53,614 nt of DNA, taken from assembly GCA_965369655.1 (NCBI GenBank), contig CBDUQR010000017.1, forward strand, positions 1-53,614. The letters run 5' to 3'. The notes under the pieces are model-generated. The model ran no database searches. It was not told the origin of the DNA and saw only the letters and a list, made by a program, of their open reading frames with translations. The stretch is from an uncultured bacterium (lineage in GTDB: Bacteria; Zixibacteria; MSB-5A5; JAABVY01; JAHJOQ01). A program made the translations under genes and the position numbers. Positions 8,068 through 17,783 of the stretch are shown here, one piece after another (position 1 is the stretch's first letter; each line of letters starts with the position of its first letter).

Positions 8068-10227
8068 TCAGGCGAGGTTGTATCTCTTGATCCAGTTGCG
8101 AACAGTGGCTTCGCTCATACCGAGCCGTCGCGCCGTCTCGCGGCGATTCCAGCCGGTTTCCTCAAGCATATTCGCCAATTCGCCCATCTGGCAGTGGTGA
8201 GGTTGATCGCTCTGTGCGAGAGTCGCCATCATCGCGACATCGCAGTGCGATTCGATCCAGAGCCTGTTGATCTCAGAGCGCAACTCACGAACATTGCCGG
8301 ACCATTGTCTCTGCGACAGGATGTCGGCAAGCGCAGAAACAGCGCCTTTATGACCGTTACCGGAGGCGCGCTGTGACAGCAAACTCATGAAATACGTCAC
8401 CATGGCCCGTATGTCGCCGTTTCGCTCTCTCAGTGGCGGAATATCGAATGATATCTCGTTCAGCCTGTGATACAGGTCGAGCCTGAATCGACCCCGGTCG
8501 ACCTCCCGCTCGATATCACGGTTCGTGGCGGCGATCAGTCTGAAGTCGACATGGCGTTTGTCTGTCTCACCCAGCCGACGGACCTCGTGCGTTTCGAGCA
8601 CCTCAAGAAGTTTCGCCTGGAATGCAGGGGTTGCATCCGCGATTTCGTTAAGATAAAACGTACCGCTCTCGGCTTTCTCGAAAAGACCGGCTCTGGATTC
8701 CAAAGCGCCGGTGAATGCGCCTCTGCAACAACCGAACAACTCCGATTCGATCATGTCATGCGGTATCGCGGCGGCATTGACTGTCACGAACTCGCCCCCG
8801 CGACCCGATGCCTCGTGTATATACCGCGCAAACAAGTCCTTGCCGGTGCCGGTCTCGCCGGTCAGAAGGACGGTCATGTTGGATTTCGCGACCTTGTCCG
8901 CAAGCGAAACAAGCCGTTTCATCTCGGAACTGGCTGCGACCATAGTCGGGACGGAATCCTCACGCGGAACGATAATATCCGGTACAGATTGAACCTTCAG
9001 TTCGTCGATCGCGCTCTGAACCTGCTCGACACGTTTCGGGACACCCATCTCGTCGAACAACAGACGTGCCGATTCGAGATGACGCATCCTCGTATCATTA
9101 TTGTACGCTTCGGATTCGCCGCATGCGAAATATGTCAGCGCGAGTTCATACCGTGCGCCGATCTCTCTGAGTAATGCGATGGACTTGCCAAAATAGTCGC
9201 GGGCAGTATCGTAATCCTCGCGGGGCGTGTATATCTGGCCGTATGCGCGATACAGCGCACCGAGTTCGATACGTTCATTGATTTTAGTAATAGCTTTTTC
9301 AGCCCTTTTTGCAGTCTTCATCGCCTCGTCATACTTGCCCTCGGCGATACATACATCGGTCAGCATACGAAGCGTCTGCGCAACAGCCGACGCAGTCGGC
9401 TCTGGCATATCGAGAACTTGCTGGTAGTATTCGCGAGCTTGAGAGTAGTTGCCGGAGTAGTACTCAAGCAGGCCAGCATATTCATAATACAGCCGAAAGT
9501 CAAAAGAACCAGACAGGCCTTCTATCAATTGCCTGCCCTTTTCGAGCATTTCCCGACCAGCCTCAGCGTCACCTCTCATCACAGACAGTCTGGCTCTTGA
9601 GAGATACAAATTGGCCAATTCCTGATTGTTGTGAGAAACACACGAGGCTTCAAGAGCCTCGGACGACTGCGAGAGCCTCCCCATGTGCATCAGTACACGG
9701 CCAGCATTACGCTTAGCTAACGACCCCGCATCTCTTAACTTGTTCGCACTACAATAAGCGATGCAGGTCTCCAAGTTATCGAGCGATTTGTGTAGCTTCC
9801 CTTCTACAAAGGCCAGTCTTGCAAGCATATTCAGAGCCTTGGTAGCCATAGCGTGATCAGAGGCAATCTTAGAGAACACATAGCACTCATTGAAGTTGTC
9901 ATAGGATTCAGGCATCTCACCAAGCGCCATAAACAACATCCCAGCATAGTACTTTGACTGGGAGACCAACTGCTCATCATCGCAAGACATCAAGCATTTC
10001 AGCAATCTTGCTAACGCATCCCTCGCAACCTCAAGGTCACCGAGATAGTACTCACTTCTGAGAAGCGCAAGTCGCAAATAGGCTTCTTCGCTCGCTGAGA
10101 GAGTATTTGCGAATTCCCCCAATAACTCAATCGACATAGTGCGAACTTCATTCCACCTCTTCTCGGAGACACTCACCTCGATTGTTCTCTTGATGGTTTG
10201 AAACTCTGTTTGTGGTAGATTAGACAT
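8068..10227 (-). CDS. sigma54-dependent transcriptional activator with N-terminal TPR region, AAA+ and Fis-type HTH; no receiver domain
   Basis: TPR-like helical repeats over ~aa 1-410; GETGTGKD, ESELFG..GAFTGA, LIAATNR, FRLDLYHRLN, WSGNVREL; HTH NRRETARRLGMSEATV. Confidence 0.92.
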   Translation of the reverse strand: MSNLPQTEFQTIKRTIEVSVSEKRWNEVRTMSIELLGEFANTLSASEEAYLRLALLRSEYYLGDLEVARDALARLLKCLMSCDDEQLVSQSKYYAGMLFMALGEMPESYDNFNECYVFSKIASDHAMATKALNMLARLAFVEGKLHKSLDNLETCIAYCSANKLRDAGSLAKRNAGRVLMHMGRLSQSSEALEASCVSHNNQELANLYLSRARLSVMRGDAEAGREMLEKGRQLIEGLSGSFDFRLYYEYAGLLEYYSGNYSQAREYYQQVLDMPEPTASAVAQTLRMLTDVCIAEGKYDEAMKTAKRAEKAITKINERIELGALYRAYGQIYTPREDYDTARDYFGKSIALLREIGARYELALTYFACGESEAYNNDTRMRHLESARLLFDEMGVPKRVEQVQSAIDELKVQSVPDIIVPREDSVPTMVAASSEMKRLVSLADKVAKSNMTVLLTGETGTGKDLFARYIHEASGRGGEFVTVNAAAIPHDMIESELFGCCRGAFTGALESRAGLFEKAESGTFYLNEIADATPAFQAKLLEVLETHEVRRLGETDKRHVDFRLIAATNRDIEREVDRGRFRLDLYHRLNEISFDIPPLRERNGDIRAMVTYFMSLLSQRASGNGHKGAVSALADILSQRQWSGNVRELRSEINRLWIESHCDVAMMATLAQSDQPHHCQMGELANMLEETGWNRRETARRLGMSEATVRNWIKRYNLA

Positions 10228-10240
10228 AGTGAGTTCGCTA

Positions 10241-10618
10241 CTATCTCAACTCATCCCACGGGTCTTCATCCATTTCCCGTCGGTCGCTTGGTTCGCCATT
10301 CCAGCCGGGTGGGTACTGAGATTCTAACGGACCGTCCGGGTCATTCCATGAAATGTCGATTACTGTTATGCCTGTACCGGGAAGTCTGGAAATGAAAAAC
10401 CTGCTGAATAGATGTCGCAGTGATTCACCCCAGGTACGCTTCATATCGTAGGCGGCAGATGTCTTCGCGAGTCCTGAGCCTCGAAGGGTCTGCCCCATCT
10501 CTTGCGCTCTCTTATCAAATGCCGCCGTCTTATTGCTGTTACCGGCAAAGGTGACAGACGGCGAAGCCATACCAACAATGAATAGCGCGAAGGTGAGAAG
10601 CAAAATCACGCGTTTCAT
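10241..10618 (-). CDS. Small secreted protein (125 aa), candidate signal propeptide
   Basis: Signal peptide MKRVILLLTFALFIVGMASPSVTFA; GGAG RBS; ends 13 nt before the activator start; acidic tail ...EMDEDPWDELR. Confidence 0.75.
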   Translation of the reverse strand: MKRVILLLTFALFIVGMASPSVTFAGNSNKTAAFDKRAQEMGQTLRGSGLAKTSAAYDMKRTWGESLRHLFSRFFISRLPGTGITVIDISWNDPDGPLESQYPPGWNGEPSDRREMDEDPWDELR

Positions 10619-10761
10619 GTAACTCGCTCCGGCTTATGTTTTCTCTCAACTATCTATACTCTATTACTCGACAATGTATTGCACATTATTAAATAAATGT
10701 CAAGTGAATTATCGAGGTTGGACCATTTTTATAACGGATACTGTGGGCGGCAACCTCTCCC

Positions 10762-10915
10762 GAGGCTGTCCCAAAAGTAGGTCGTGTTCCGAACCTGATG
10801 TAATCAGGTGAGAAACGCGACACTTCTATCTTGTTACCTGGAGTCGGGTTTCTGGCAGGCTTCGCCTGCTGCGGAACGCCGACCTACTGGAGACCAGGAC
10901 TTATGAGACAACCTC
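10762..10915 (+). mobile_element. MITE subfamily A (154 bp) carrying a GTAG-type REP pair
   Basis: Terminal inverted repeats GAGGCTGTCCCAAAAGT / ACTTATGAGACAACCTC; CTCCC on both flanks; near-identical copy at 22712. Confidence 0.8.
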
Positions 10916-10969
10916 CTCCCCGTCTGCCCCGTTTTCGCTTACATCGTCGAGGATTTTTCCCTGTGCAGG

Positions 10970-11902
10970 CTAATCGTGTGAATCAGGGGAAACCGGACGG
11001 TCAAGAATATCAAGCCATTCCCCTGCTTTGTTGGCAACCCATCGCGCAATTCGCCTGTCTGGCAAGATCCCCTGGGAAGCAAACCGCACGTCGTGACCGG
11101 AAAACATGTCAGCACCCCCGGAATGCATTTGTCCCCCACTCGCCGAGAAGTCCATTGCCAGCATCTCGACACCCATTGACAGATACATACTGACAACAAG
11201 TATGGTCTCATGTTTCTCCAGAGCACGGAATAGTACTGGGGCGCCATTGGCCCTGAATCCCTGACCCATCCCCACAAAAGCATAGTCGAAATATCTCATG
11301 CCGAGTGTCCCACAGATATGCGCGCCAATAGTCTTCGACTGCTGTTCCCACTGCGGCTCATATCCGCGGTCTCCGTGAGACATAATTACCAATGCCGCTT
11401 CTGTTGGATCATCGATCATCCCCCGGACTCGGTCTATCAATACCTCTGTTATGGTATTGACGTCAATAACCGGACCGATAGTCAGCTTAATATCAGTGTC
11501 AACGATCTTGATTCCCTCTTCGCGCAATTGCTCAACTCTCTGCCTTTCACAATGAAGACCAAGAATCGTGGGAAGATCGTAGAAGGTATGGTCTGACGGA
11601 CCAATGAACATTGGCAGGATATAGAGCCGATCAATATCCATTTCCTCCATGTCGTCAATAGCACTTGCAATTGAAGGTTGGGTGAACTCCATCAAGGCAA
11701 CTCGCACTGCGGCGAAGGCCTGAGGTCGTTCACTATCAAGAATCTCCTTCACTTGTTTTTCGACATCAAGAACAGGCTGGTTCCACGCATCATATGGAGC
11801 ACCGTGAGCGACAATAAGTAACCCACGCTTTTCGGCAGCATAAGTAATACCGGCAGAGAATAGAATCAAAACCAGAGCTAACAACAAAGTCTGATGTTTC
11901 AT
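10970..11902 (-). CDS. CbiX/SirB-family class II chelatase-like protein with signal peptide
   Basis: GLLIVAHG, ALMEFTQPSI, LPMFIGPSDH, second domain LVIMSHG; start at MKHQTLLLALVLILFSAG with GAGGT RBS. Confidence 0.75.
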   Translation of the reverse strand: MKHQTLLLALVLILFSAGITYAAEKRGLLIVAHGAPYDAWNQPVLDVEKQVKEILDSERPQAFAAVRVALMEFTQPSIASAIDDMEEMDIDRLYILPMFIGPSDHTFYDLPTILGLHCERQRVEQLREEGIKIVDTDIKLTIGPVIDVNTITEVLIDRVRGMIDDPTEAALVIMSHGDRGYEPQWEQQSKTIGAHICGTLGMRYFDYAFVGMGQGFRANGAPVLFRALEKHETILVVSMYLSMGVEMLAMDFSASGGQMHSGGADMFSGHDVRFASQGILPDRRIARWVANKAGEWLDILDRPVSPDSHD

Positions 11903-12197
11903 CTGATACCTCTCAGTATCCAACAGGATTTGAATCCACTTACTTTTGGAGAAATAGTGTGACTGATTTTCGCACCTCACAAAAGAAATAATCAATAAGG
12001 CGATTTCATAATTGAAAATGACTATCATTTTCAACATCACGATTGCAGGCATATAAGCAATATTGCGACTGTTATGTCAAGTACTTTGTGAAAACTTTCT
12101 CGTGAGTGCACGTAGCTCAGAGTGCATAATAGCATACACCGGGACCATGCCCGGTGTATGCAGAAGAATGTTCTTCGAGGAATCTCTAATCGTCAGG

Positions 12198-13049
12198 CTA
12201 CCAGTTCGGTATGCCGTCGCCGTCGGGATCACCAGGTGGCGGACCGGCTGCGAAAATGTAATTGATCAGGTACACGACATCGTCGATGTCAACTATTCCG
12301 TCGGCGTTAGCGTCGCCAATGAGCACATTCGGCATGAATATCGGAAACAGGACTCTGACCCCATCGACTCCAGCATATGCCGCCTGAGTGAACAATATTG
12401 GGAAGACACGGGCGGTTGATGTCGGTGTCAGTGTCACTGGTGTGCCGGGTGCAACCAGCCCGAAATATGCCGTTGCGAACAAGTCCCAATTCGGCACAAC
12501 CGGGAGTACAGGACCGCGCGGAGGATTTAGAATTATTATCGTGTGGTTTACATTGTCAATTTTTGCCTGAAGTTCCGTTCCAACTGATCCAGTAAAATCG
12601 ACACTCGTACAACTCAGGTCTGCTTCCCCTGGTCCAGGGGCAAACGAATAGATAATCACAGAACCATAAAGTGCGACTGGAGTCTTCACAATGATCATCG
12701 CACTCGTCTGATCTACGCCATCAGGTTCACCGATTACCATGAACGAAGCGGCAGTTGGCAAAGGCACGTCTGTGCCGGGCATTGGGAACACAGCAGCACC
12801 CCCATAGATATACTCGATCAGTTGCCACAGATCGCCATAGTTAACTCCTGGGAAACCGTCACAATCACAGTCGACCAAGTCAGGCGGTGGTCCACCTGAG
12901 AAGAAGTAGGCTGTCAAGTAGACCACATCATCTATGTCGGCACCACCGCTGAAATTACAGTCTCCGGGCTGCGCCACTGCCATCGAAGACATTGCAAGCA
13001 TCAGGAAAATACTCCAGATGCCAACATGACTCATTCTTGCGAACTTCAT
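12198..13049 (-). CDS. Secreted protein with N- and C-terminal dockerin motifs around a beta-rich (possibly cohesin-like) core
   Basis: Signal peptide; GDCNFSGGADIDDVVYLTAY and GDANADGIVDIDDVVYLINYIF; GGGAGG RBS. Confidence 0.8.
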   Translation of the reverse strand: MKFARMSHVGIWSIFLMLAMSSMAVAQPGDCNFSGGADIDDVVYLTAYFFSGGPPPDLVDCDCDGFPGVNYGDLWQLIEYIYGGAAVFPMPGTDVPLPTAASFMVIGEPDGVDQTSAMIIVKTPVALYGSVIIYSFAPGPGEADLSCTSVDFTGSVGTELQAKIDNVNHTIIILNPPRGPVLPVVPNWDLFATAYFGLVAPGTPVTLTPTSTARVFPILFTQAAYAGVDGVRVLFPIFMPNVLIGDANADGIVDIDDVVYLINYIFAAGPPPGDPDGDGIPNW

Positions 13050-13303
13050 GAGAACCTCCCTTACGAAACGAGTGTATGTTCTGGCCCACAATGGACCCAC
13101 TGCTTTGCTCTAAGCCGATCCAGTACTCGAGAAAAGGATGTCGAACGTTGTTCTATCGAAAGGTGGACTACTCTGTGTTCATTGCACGTTACAAGAACCC
13201 GGGTGTTTTGTCAATGAATATCTTGGCAATGAATGATCGACTTCAACAAGAAAGCCCGGCGCGATCGACGTCGGGTTGTGGAAGCCAGTGAAGTAACTAT
13301 GTC

Positions 13304-13464
13304 TTACACACATCCGGTCGGCTTGGCGAGACCTGCAACTTTGCAGGCGCCTTTCGCCGGACCAGACGGGAACAGCTCGTAGACATTCTTCAGGGGGAAT
13401 CCGATCTCTTTGCAGAGCTTACGAATCATCGGGGCAATTCGAACTTCTGGTAGTACTCTCTGAG
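13304..13464 (-). pseudogene. dsrC: 3' fragment of dsrC (DsrC/TusE sulfur-relay family)
   Basis: LREYYQKF/(1-nt deletion)/IAPMIRKLCKEIGFPLKNVYELFPSGPAKGACKVAGLAKPTGCV*; in-frame TAA upstream; 5' half missing. Confidence 0.85.
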
Positions 13465-13486
13465 TTAATAGACAAGCAAAGTAGCG

Positions 13487-13601
13487 CCCTTCGCAAAGCT
13501 CAGCAGTTGTAGCTCATGCCCACTCGGGGCATGAGTCTTTTTCAAAGATCGTCACGCCTCCCTTCGCCAGACTCAGGACTGTGCAAGCAGGCGTGACCTA
13601 C
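13487..13601. repeat. Cluster of REP-like palindromes (CCCTTCGC...CTCAG family and ...GACCTAC ends)
   Basis: CCTTCGCCAGACTCAGGACTGTGCAAGCAGGCGTGACCTAC is near-identical to 42065-42105. Confidence 0.7.
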
Positions 13602-13769
13602 AAGACTGCCTCTCCCGCGATGTCAACCGGCGCGCCCGATGCCCAGCCCACCACCGCCGACATTCTATTGGATTCTTCCCATAATTCGTCGAATCTGGTG
13701 CATGTGGTCGCGTGAGGCAACCAACTGGCAGACAGTCCCTTACCTCTGACTTTGCGGCCTGTGAATTCC

Positions 13770-13785
13770 CGGCACGATGGTTGCA
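13770..13785 (+). promoter_or_regulatory. sigma54 -24/-12 promoter
   Basis: CGGCACGATGGTTGCA (GG-N10-GC), 35 nt before ATG 13821. Confidence 0.7.
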
Positions 13786-13820
13786 CAATAGAACACGGAA
13801 ACCAAACAGGAGTTTGTGCT

Positions 13821-14627
13821 ATGATTCAAAGGATTGACAATGTTACAGTATTACTCAGGCCGAACCCGATCCAGAACGGGCAATCGAAAAAAGTCGCAGT
13901 CGAGGTCAAGAATGAGAGTGTGAAACCTGCGGATTATCTCTACAATCCTGAACTCGCCGACAAGATTCACGAGTCTCGAAAAAGCCTCAAAGAGGAGATG
14001 GGTTTCCTCAGAGAAGCGAATGCCAGGCGGAATACAGCAAGGCAGCCTGCAAATATCGAGAAGTATCGCGAGCAGGATACGCAGCACGTTCAACAGTACT
14101 CAGCGCTCGACACGCTGAAACACAGCATGACGCGCATGACATCACTGCTCTATCAATTGGCGTCAGTAACAGCGGGTGATTCGGATTCTATGGAAGCAAT
14201 CCAGCGTAAGCTTGCAGAAGAACTCCTCGGCTACAAGAGAGTCTTCAAGGGAATCGAGCTAACAGACTTCGAGTCAAATGAAATCGACATGGATCGCCTG
14301 CGTACTGTTGTAAATACTGAGGCTCTTCAGATCAACCCCGAAAACGCCGCCGCCACACGGCAGATAATCGAGACCGCCGAGAAAAGCGTCGAGAATGCAC
14401 TAAGTGTCCAGAACCACGAGCAACCTGATTCCATGTCAGTCACTGAGGCGAAACTGAGCAATGCCGAGCAGAATCTCGCCGCAGCGGAAAGCGCGTTCTA
14501 TCCTGAAGAAATCGTAGACAGGGCCAAAGAGGTTGCTCAGCAACTCTACGAGCAAATGTCGGATACGCTCGGCGCGCACGGCACTCTCAAGCCAGACGAG
14601 GTGTTCAAACTGATCGGGGCAGGCTAA
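13821..14627 (+). CDS. Helical protein with divergent flagellin-like segments
   Basis: AGGAG RBS; ALDTLKHSMTRMTSLLYQLA...EAIQ and NAEQNLAAAESA...LGAHGTLKPDEVFKLI resemble flagellin N and C helices. Confidence 0.6.
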   Translation: MIQRIDNVTVLLRPNPIQNGQSKKVAVEVKNESVKPADYLYNPELADKIHESRKSLKEEMGFLREANARRNTARQPANIEKYREQDTQHVQQYSALDTLKHSMTRMTSLLYQLASVTAGDSDSMEAIQRKLAEELLGYKRVFKGIELTDFESNEIDMDRLRTVVNTEALQINPENAAATRQIIETAEKSVENALSVQNHEQPDSMSVTEAKLSNAEQNLAAAESAFYPEEIVDRAKEVAQQLYEQMSDTLGAHGTLKPDEVFKLIGAG

Positions 14628-15451
14628 TAGTAATAGACTGTCTCCACGCTTTCATCGTGCAAACGGCCGTTCATGGCGATTCGGAGCTTGTGTCGATTGA
14701 CCTCGTGTGACCCGTCTATTGGTAGCCCATAAATAATGACCTCGTAATAGATACCCTTCTTTGTCACAGACGGTGCTCCGAATGTACCCTCGGGTATATC
14801 TCTGAGGAATTCCGCGTCTTTCAGGCTGTCGGCGAAAGCGTCGTAGAATTTCCGGTATTCGTTATTGGCGCTCGGGAACGCGACCCATGCCCACCAGTCA
14901 TTCGAGAATTCTTTCTGGTATATCCCCGGTTCTGGAACAAATGAGTCATTCATGTAAGGCCGAAGCCGAGTTTCAAGAAACAGATCGGCGCTTCTGCATA
15001 CTATCATTCTTGGATGATGCTTGATATATACGTATACCGCCGCAAGCAAAAACGCCTGATCTTCGTCGATATTCTCGAACCGACCGGAAATCAAGTCATT
15101 GAAGTCCTGCTCGAAGGAACGATCAGTCAACGCATAGTATCGTCTCTGCACAGAATCATAACAGATGGAGACAGCTTCAAAGCTCTTTCCAGGTTCGAAC
15201 TGGTGAGCAAATACCATCACATCCGGCAATATCTGCGGAAACGTCAGCCCAAACATAAACTTCTCGACTCGCGGAATGCCGGAACCAGCAAAGGCCGAAT
15301 TGAACTGTTCCACATACAGAGTGTCGAAATCGCGCGTCCTTTCAACAAAAAGAGTATACTGCGACGATACCGAATCGTCGGTCGCATCTTTTTTGCCGGA
15401 ACAACTCAGGACAAACAGAAACAGGATCGCCAAAATGTAATATCGATTCAT
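14624..15451 (-). CDS. Hypothetical lipoprotein
   Basis: MNRYYILAILFLFVLSC lipobox; GAGGGAG RBS. Confidence 0.75.
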   Translation of the reverse strand: MNRYYILAILFLFVLSCSGKKDATDDSVSSQYTLFVERTRDFDTLYVEQFNSAFAGSGIPRVEKFMFGLTFPQILPDVMVFAHQFEPGKSFEAVSICYDSVQRRYYALTDRSFEQDFNDLISGRFENIDEDQAFLLAAVYVYIKHHPRMIVCRSADLFLETRLRPYMNDSFVPEPGIYQKEFSNDWWAWVAFPSANNEYRKFYDAFADSLKDAEFLRDIPEGTFGAPSVTKKGIYYEVIIYGLPIDGSHEVNRHKLRIAMNGRLHDESVETVYYY

Positions 15452-15497
15452 CGGTTCACTCCCTCGACTCCAATCCATTGTTCGACCCAAGATAGCA

Positions 15498-17783
15498 CTA
15501 AAACGACAGAATGCCAAACATCTCCGGCAATCGCTTGCCATAGGAGTTCTTTGTCGGCATCATCCAGCCGGCGACTTTTGGCGGGTCGGATTCGTTGCCG
15601 GAATCGAGGTCGAACATCTCAATCCCGAAACCGATCCTGCGGTTTTTCTCCGGCACGAAACCCTGAAGATACGCTATTGGTATCTTGAGTTCAAAATTGT
15701 ATCCGCCTTCCACGAGCACCCCGCCGACAAGCGGCTGGACCTGCCCGTCAGTCGACACCTCGAAAAGACTGTTCTCATCAACTGGAGGATATACTCTGAC
15801 GACTACTACGCCATCATCGATCGTCTTCTCACGTGTTTCATATTTCCCGGAACCGTCCCTTACATCGAGATATATCCCGACATAATCCGCCGCGCTCATG
15901 TCGGCCCGGTATATTTTGTCGTCGAGCACACGGCCCGCGATATAGATATTGAACTGATCGTAGCATACCGAGAACGTCCCGGATATGTCGGATTCATCCA
16001 TCCAGCGCTGTGGATTCACGACCACCTGGGCGCGTGTATCGATCTCAAGCTCCATGGCTTTCGACCACTCATCCATCCGACCGTCGAGTGTTACGGTACT
16101 CTTAATCTTCCGAGCTTTCAGCACAGCCCTGTTATCGCTGCGAACCAGCGCGAGCCTTGCCCTCATCTCCTGAAGCATAGATTCATCCAGCAATTCGATG
16201 ATCCCGTCCTCTGTCTCAGTGAAACATTTCTTCGCGAATTTCGAGTTGCCCTGTTTCTGCAGCGCGACGCCAAAGGTGAAGAACAGTTTCGGCAATTCAG
16301 GCAACGTGACCGGGACTGCGGAATAGAGCCTGTAGAGCGTCACGAAGTATTCTGCGTCAATCTTGTCCGACAGCTCGACCAGTCGATCAGCCGCATCGAG
16401 CAGGCCCTCAGGCTTGTAGGTAATAGCATCCGGATCAGAGACAAGCAGATTCGCATACGCCGCAAGTCCCCTGTTGTAATAGTCCGCCGCGTTGGCAAGG
16501 AGCCTGCTGTCGTAGCAGAGGTCTCCCAGTTTGAACAGAGCCTTAGCCTCGGCGGGAGTACCCGCATAGTCGTCGACAATCTTGCTGTAGGTTTCAACAA
16601 CAGAGTTGACATCTCCCATAGTCGCCTGAAGATACGCTTTCTTGAAATGCGCTCGCTGTATATCCGCATCCGACGACTCCGATTCGATGATGGCGTCGCA
16701 CTTGGCAATCTCAGCATCGAGATCGATCGAAGCGAATGTCACCGATTGTGATTTCCTGTCATCATCCCCGGAGAAAATCGAAACCGAGCCAGGTTCATAT
16801 ATGTCGATCATCGAGATCGAACCGCCATCCTGCGACACTACGACCAACTGATTTCCTGACGGGTCGATGGTTCCCGATAACACATCCGGACCTGTGTCAG
16901 CCCTGCCCACAAGCTTTGCGACGAGGTTGGAGCCGTCCATACTTATAGCATATATCCACACGCTGTCAGTTGCGCCTCCGCTGAAATGCAGGATTGACAA
17001 CCTGTCACCGGCGCTAGTGACGCCGACAAAACATGCCCCCGCACTACTCTCCAGCACCCTGACTATCCTCTCGGATTCAGTGCTGATGACCGTCACATTC
17101 GATCCACCTGATGCGCCTCGGTCAACACCCCGATTGGCAACGAACAACAGATTGTCATCGAACGCAAGCGCGAGGCTCACCGGCTCGACACCTGCGAAGA
17201 TACTGCGAACAACTTTCGCCTGTTTGATATCGACAATCGAGACGGAGTTCTCTCCAGCGTTTGCCACATACAGCCGCGTCCCGTCTTTCGTTAGAGCAAG
17301 TGATGCAGGATTCTCGCCGATCTCAACCGATGCCACCTTCGTCAATGTCTCCACATCGATAAACGAAACTCCACCGACGCCTGTCAATGATCTATGCGCA
17401 ACGTAGCAGATTGATCCGTCACGGGAAAAAACAGCATCCGCCGCAGGTCCATCGAGCTTGACAAAACCAATGAGTTCATCGGATGAGACCTCGTACACCT
17501 CTGCGCTGCCCTCGGTCATTGAGAAGAACCAGATGTTTGTCCCGTCAGGCGTCACCCTTGCGAATCCTGCTCCCGGTACAACTGAAAATGTCGATGAGTA
17601 ACGCTGACCGGTCACGTCATACACCGATACGGTCGATCTGCCGTCAGAAGTCAACGCAGGATGAGTCACGTATGCTTTCTCCAACACGACCGCATCAGCC
17701 ACAGGAGTTGAGAGGATTAAATACAGCAGCACAGCAACAGCCGGGCGCAGCATTTTGCACTTTCTCATATCGATCCTTATCAT
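15498..17783 (-). CDS. Secreted YncE/YVTN beta-propeller + TPR + CBM9/DOMON-like protein
   Basis: LYVANAGENSVSIVD-type repeats; AEAKALFKLGD TPR; TLDGRMDEW...IYIAGRVLDD...FELKIP. Confidence 0.8.
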   Translation of the reverse strand: MIRIDMRKCKMLRPAVAVLLYLILSTPVADAVVLEKAYVTHPALTSDGRSTVSVYDVTGQRYSSTFSVVPGAGFARVTPDGTNIWFFSMTEGSAEVYEVSSDELIGFVKLDGPAADAVFSRDGSICYVAHRSLTGVGGVSFIDVETLTKVASVEIGENPASLALTKDGTRLYVANAGENSVSIVDIKQAKVVRSIFAGVEPVSLALAFDDNLLFVANRGVDRGASGGSNVTVISTESERIVRVLESSAGACFVGVTSAGDRLSILHFSGGATDSVWIYAISMDGSNLVAKLVGRADTGPDVLSGTIDPSGNQLVVVSQDGGSISMIDIYEPGSVSIFSGDDDRKSQSVTFASIDLDAEIAKCDAIIESESSDADIQRAHFKKAYLQATMGDVNSVVETYSKIVDDYAGTPAEAKALFKLGDLCYDSRLLANAADYYNRGLAAYANLLVSDPDAITYKPEGLLDAADRLVELSDKIDAEYFVTLYRLYSAVPVTLPELPKLFFTFGVALQKQGNSKFAKKCFTETEDGIIELLDESMLQEMRARLALVRSDNRAVLKARKIKSTVTLDGRMDEWSKAMELEIDTRAQVVVNPQRWMDESDISGTFSVCYDQFNIYIAGRVLDDKIYRADMSAADYVGIYLDVRDGSGKYETREKTIDDGVVVVRVYPPVDENSLFEVSTDGQVQPLVGGVLVEGGYNFELKIPIAYLQGFVPEKNRRIGFGIEMFDLDSGNESDPPKVAGWMMPTKNSYGKRLPEMFGILSF

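Noticed and set aside
10831-11193. Short ORFs repeated at 10831 and 22781 (MLPGVGF...), plus 32021, 52316 and similar
   Set aside because: They are translations of MITE/REP sequence, not genes.
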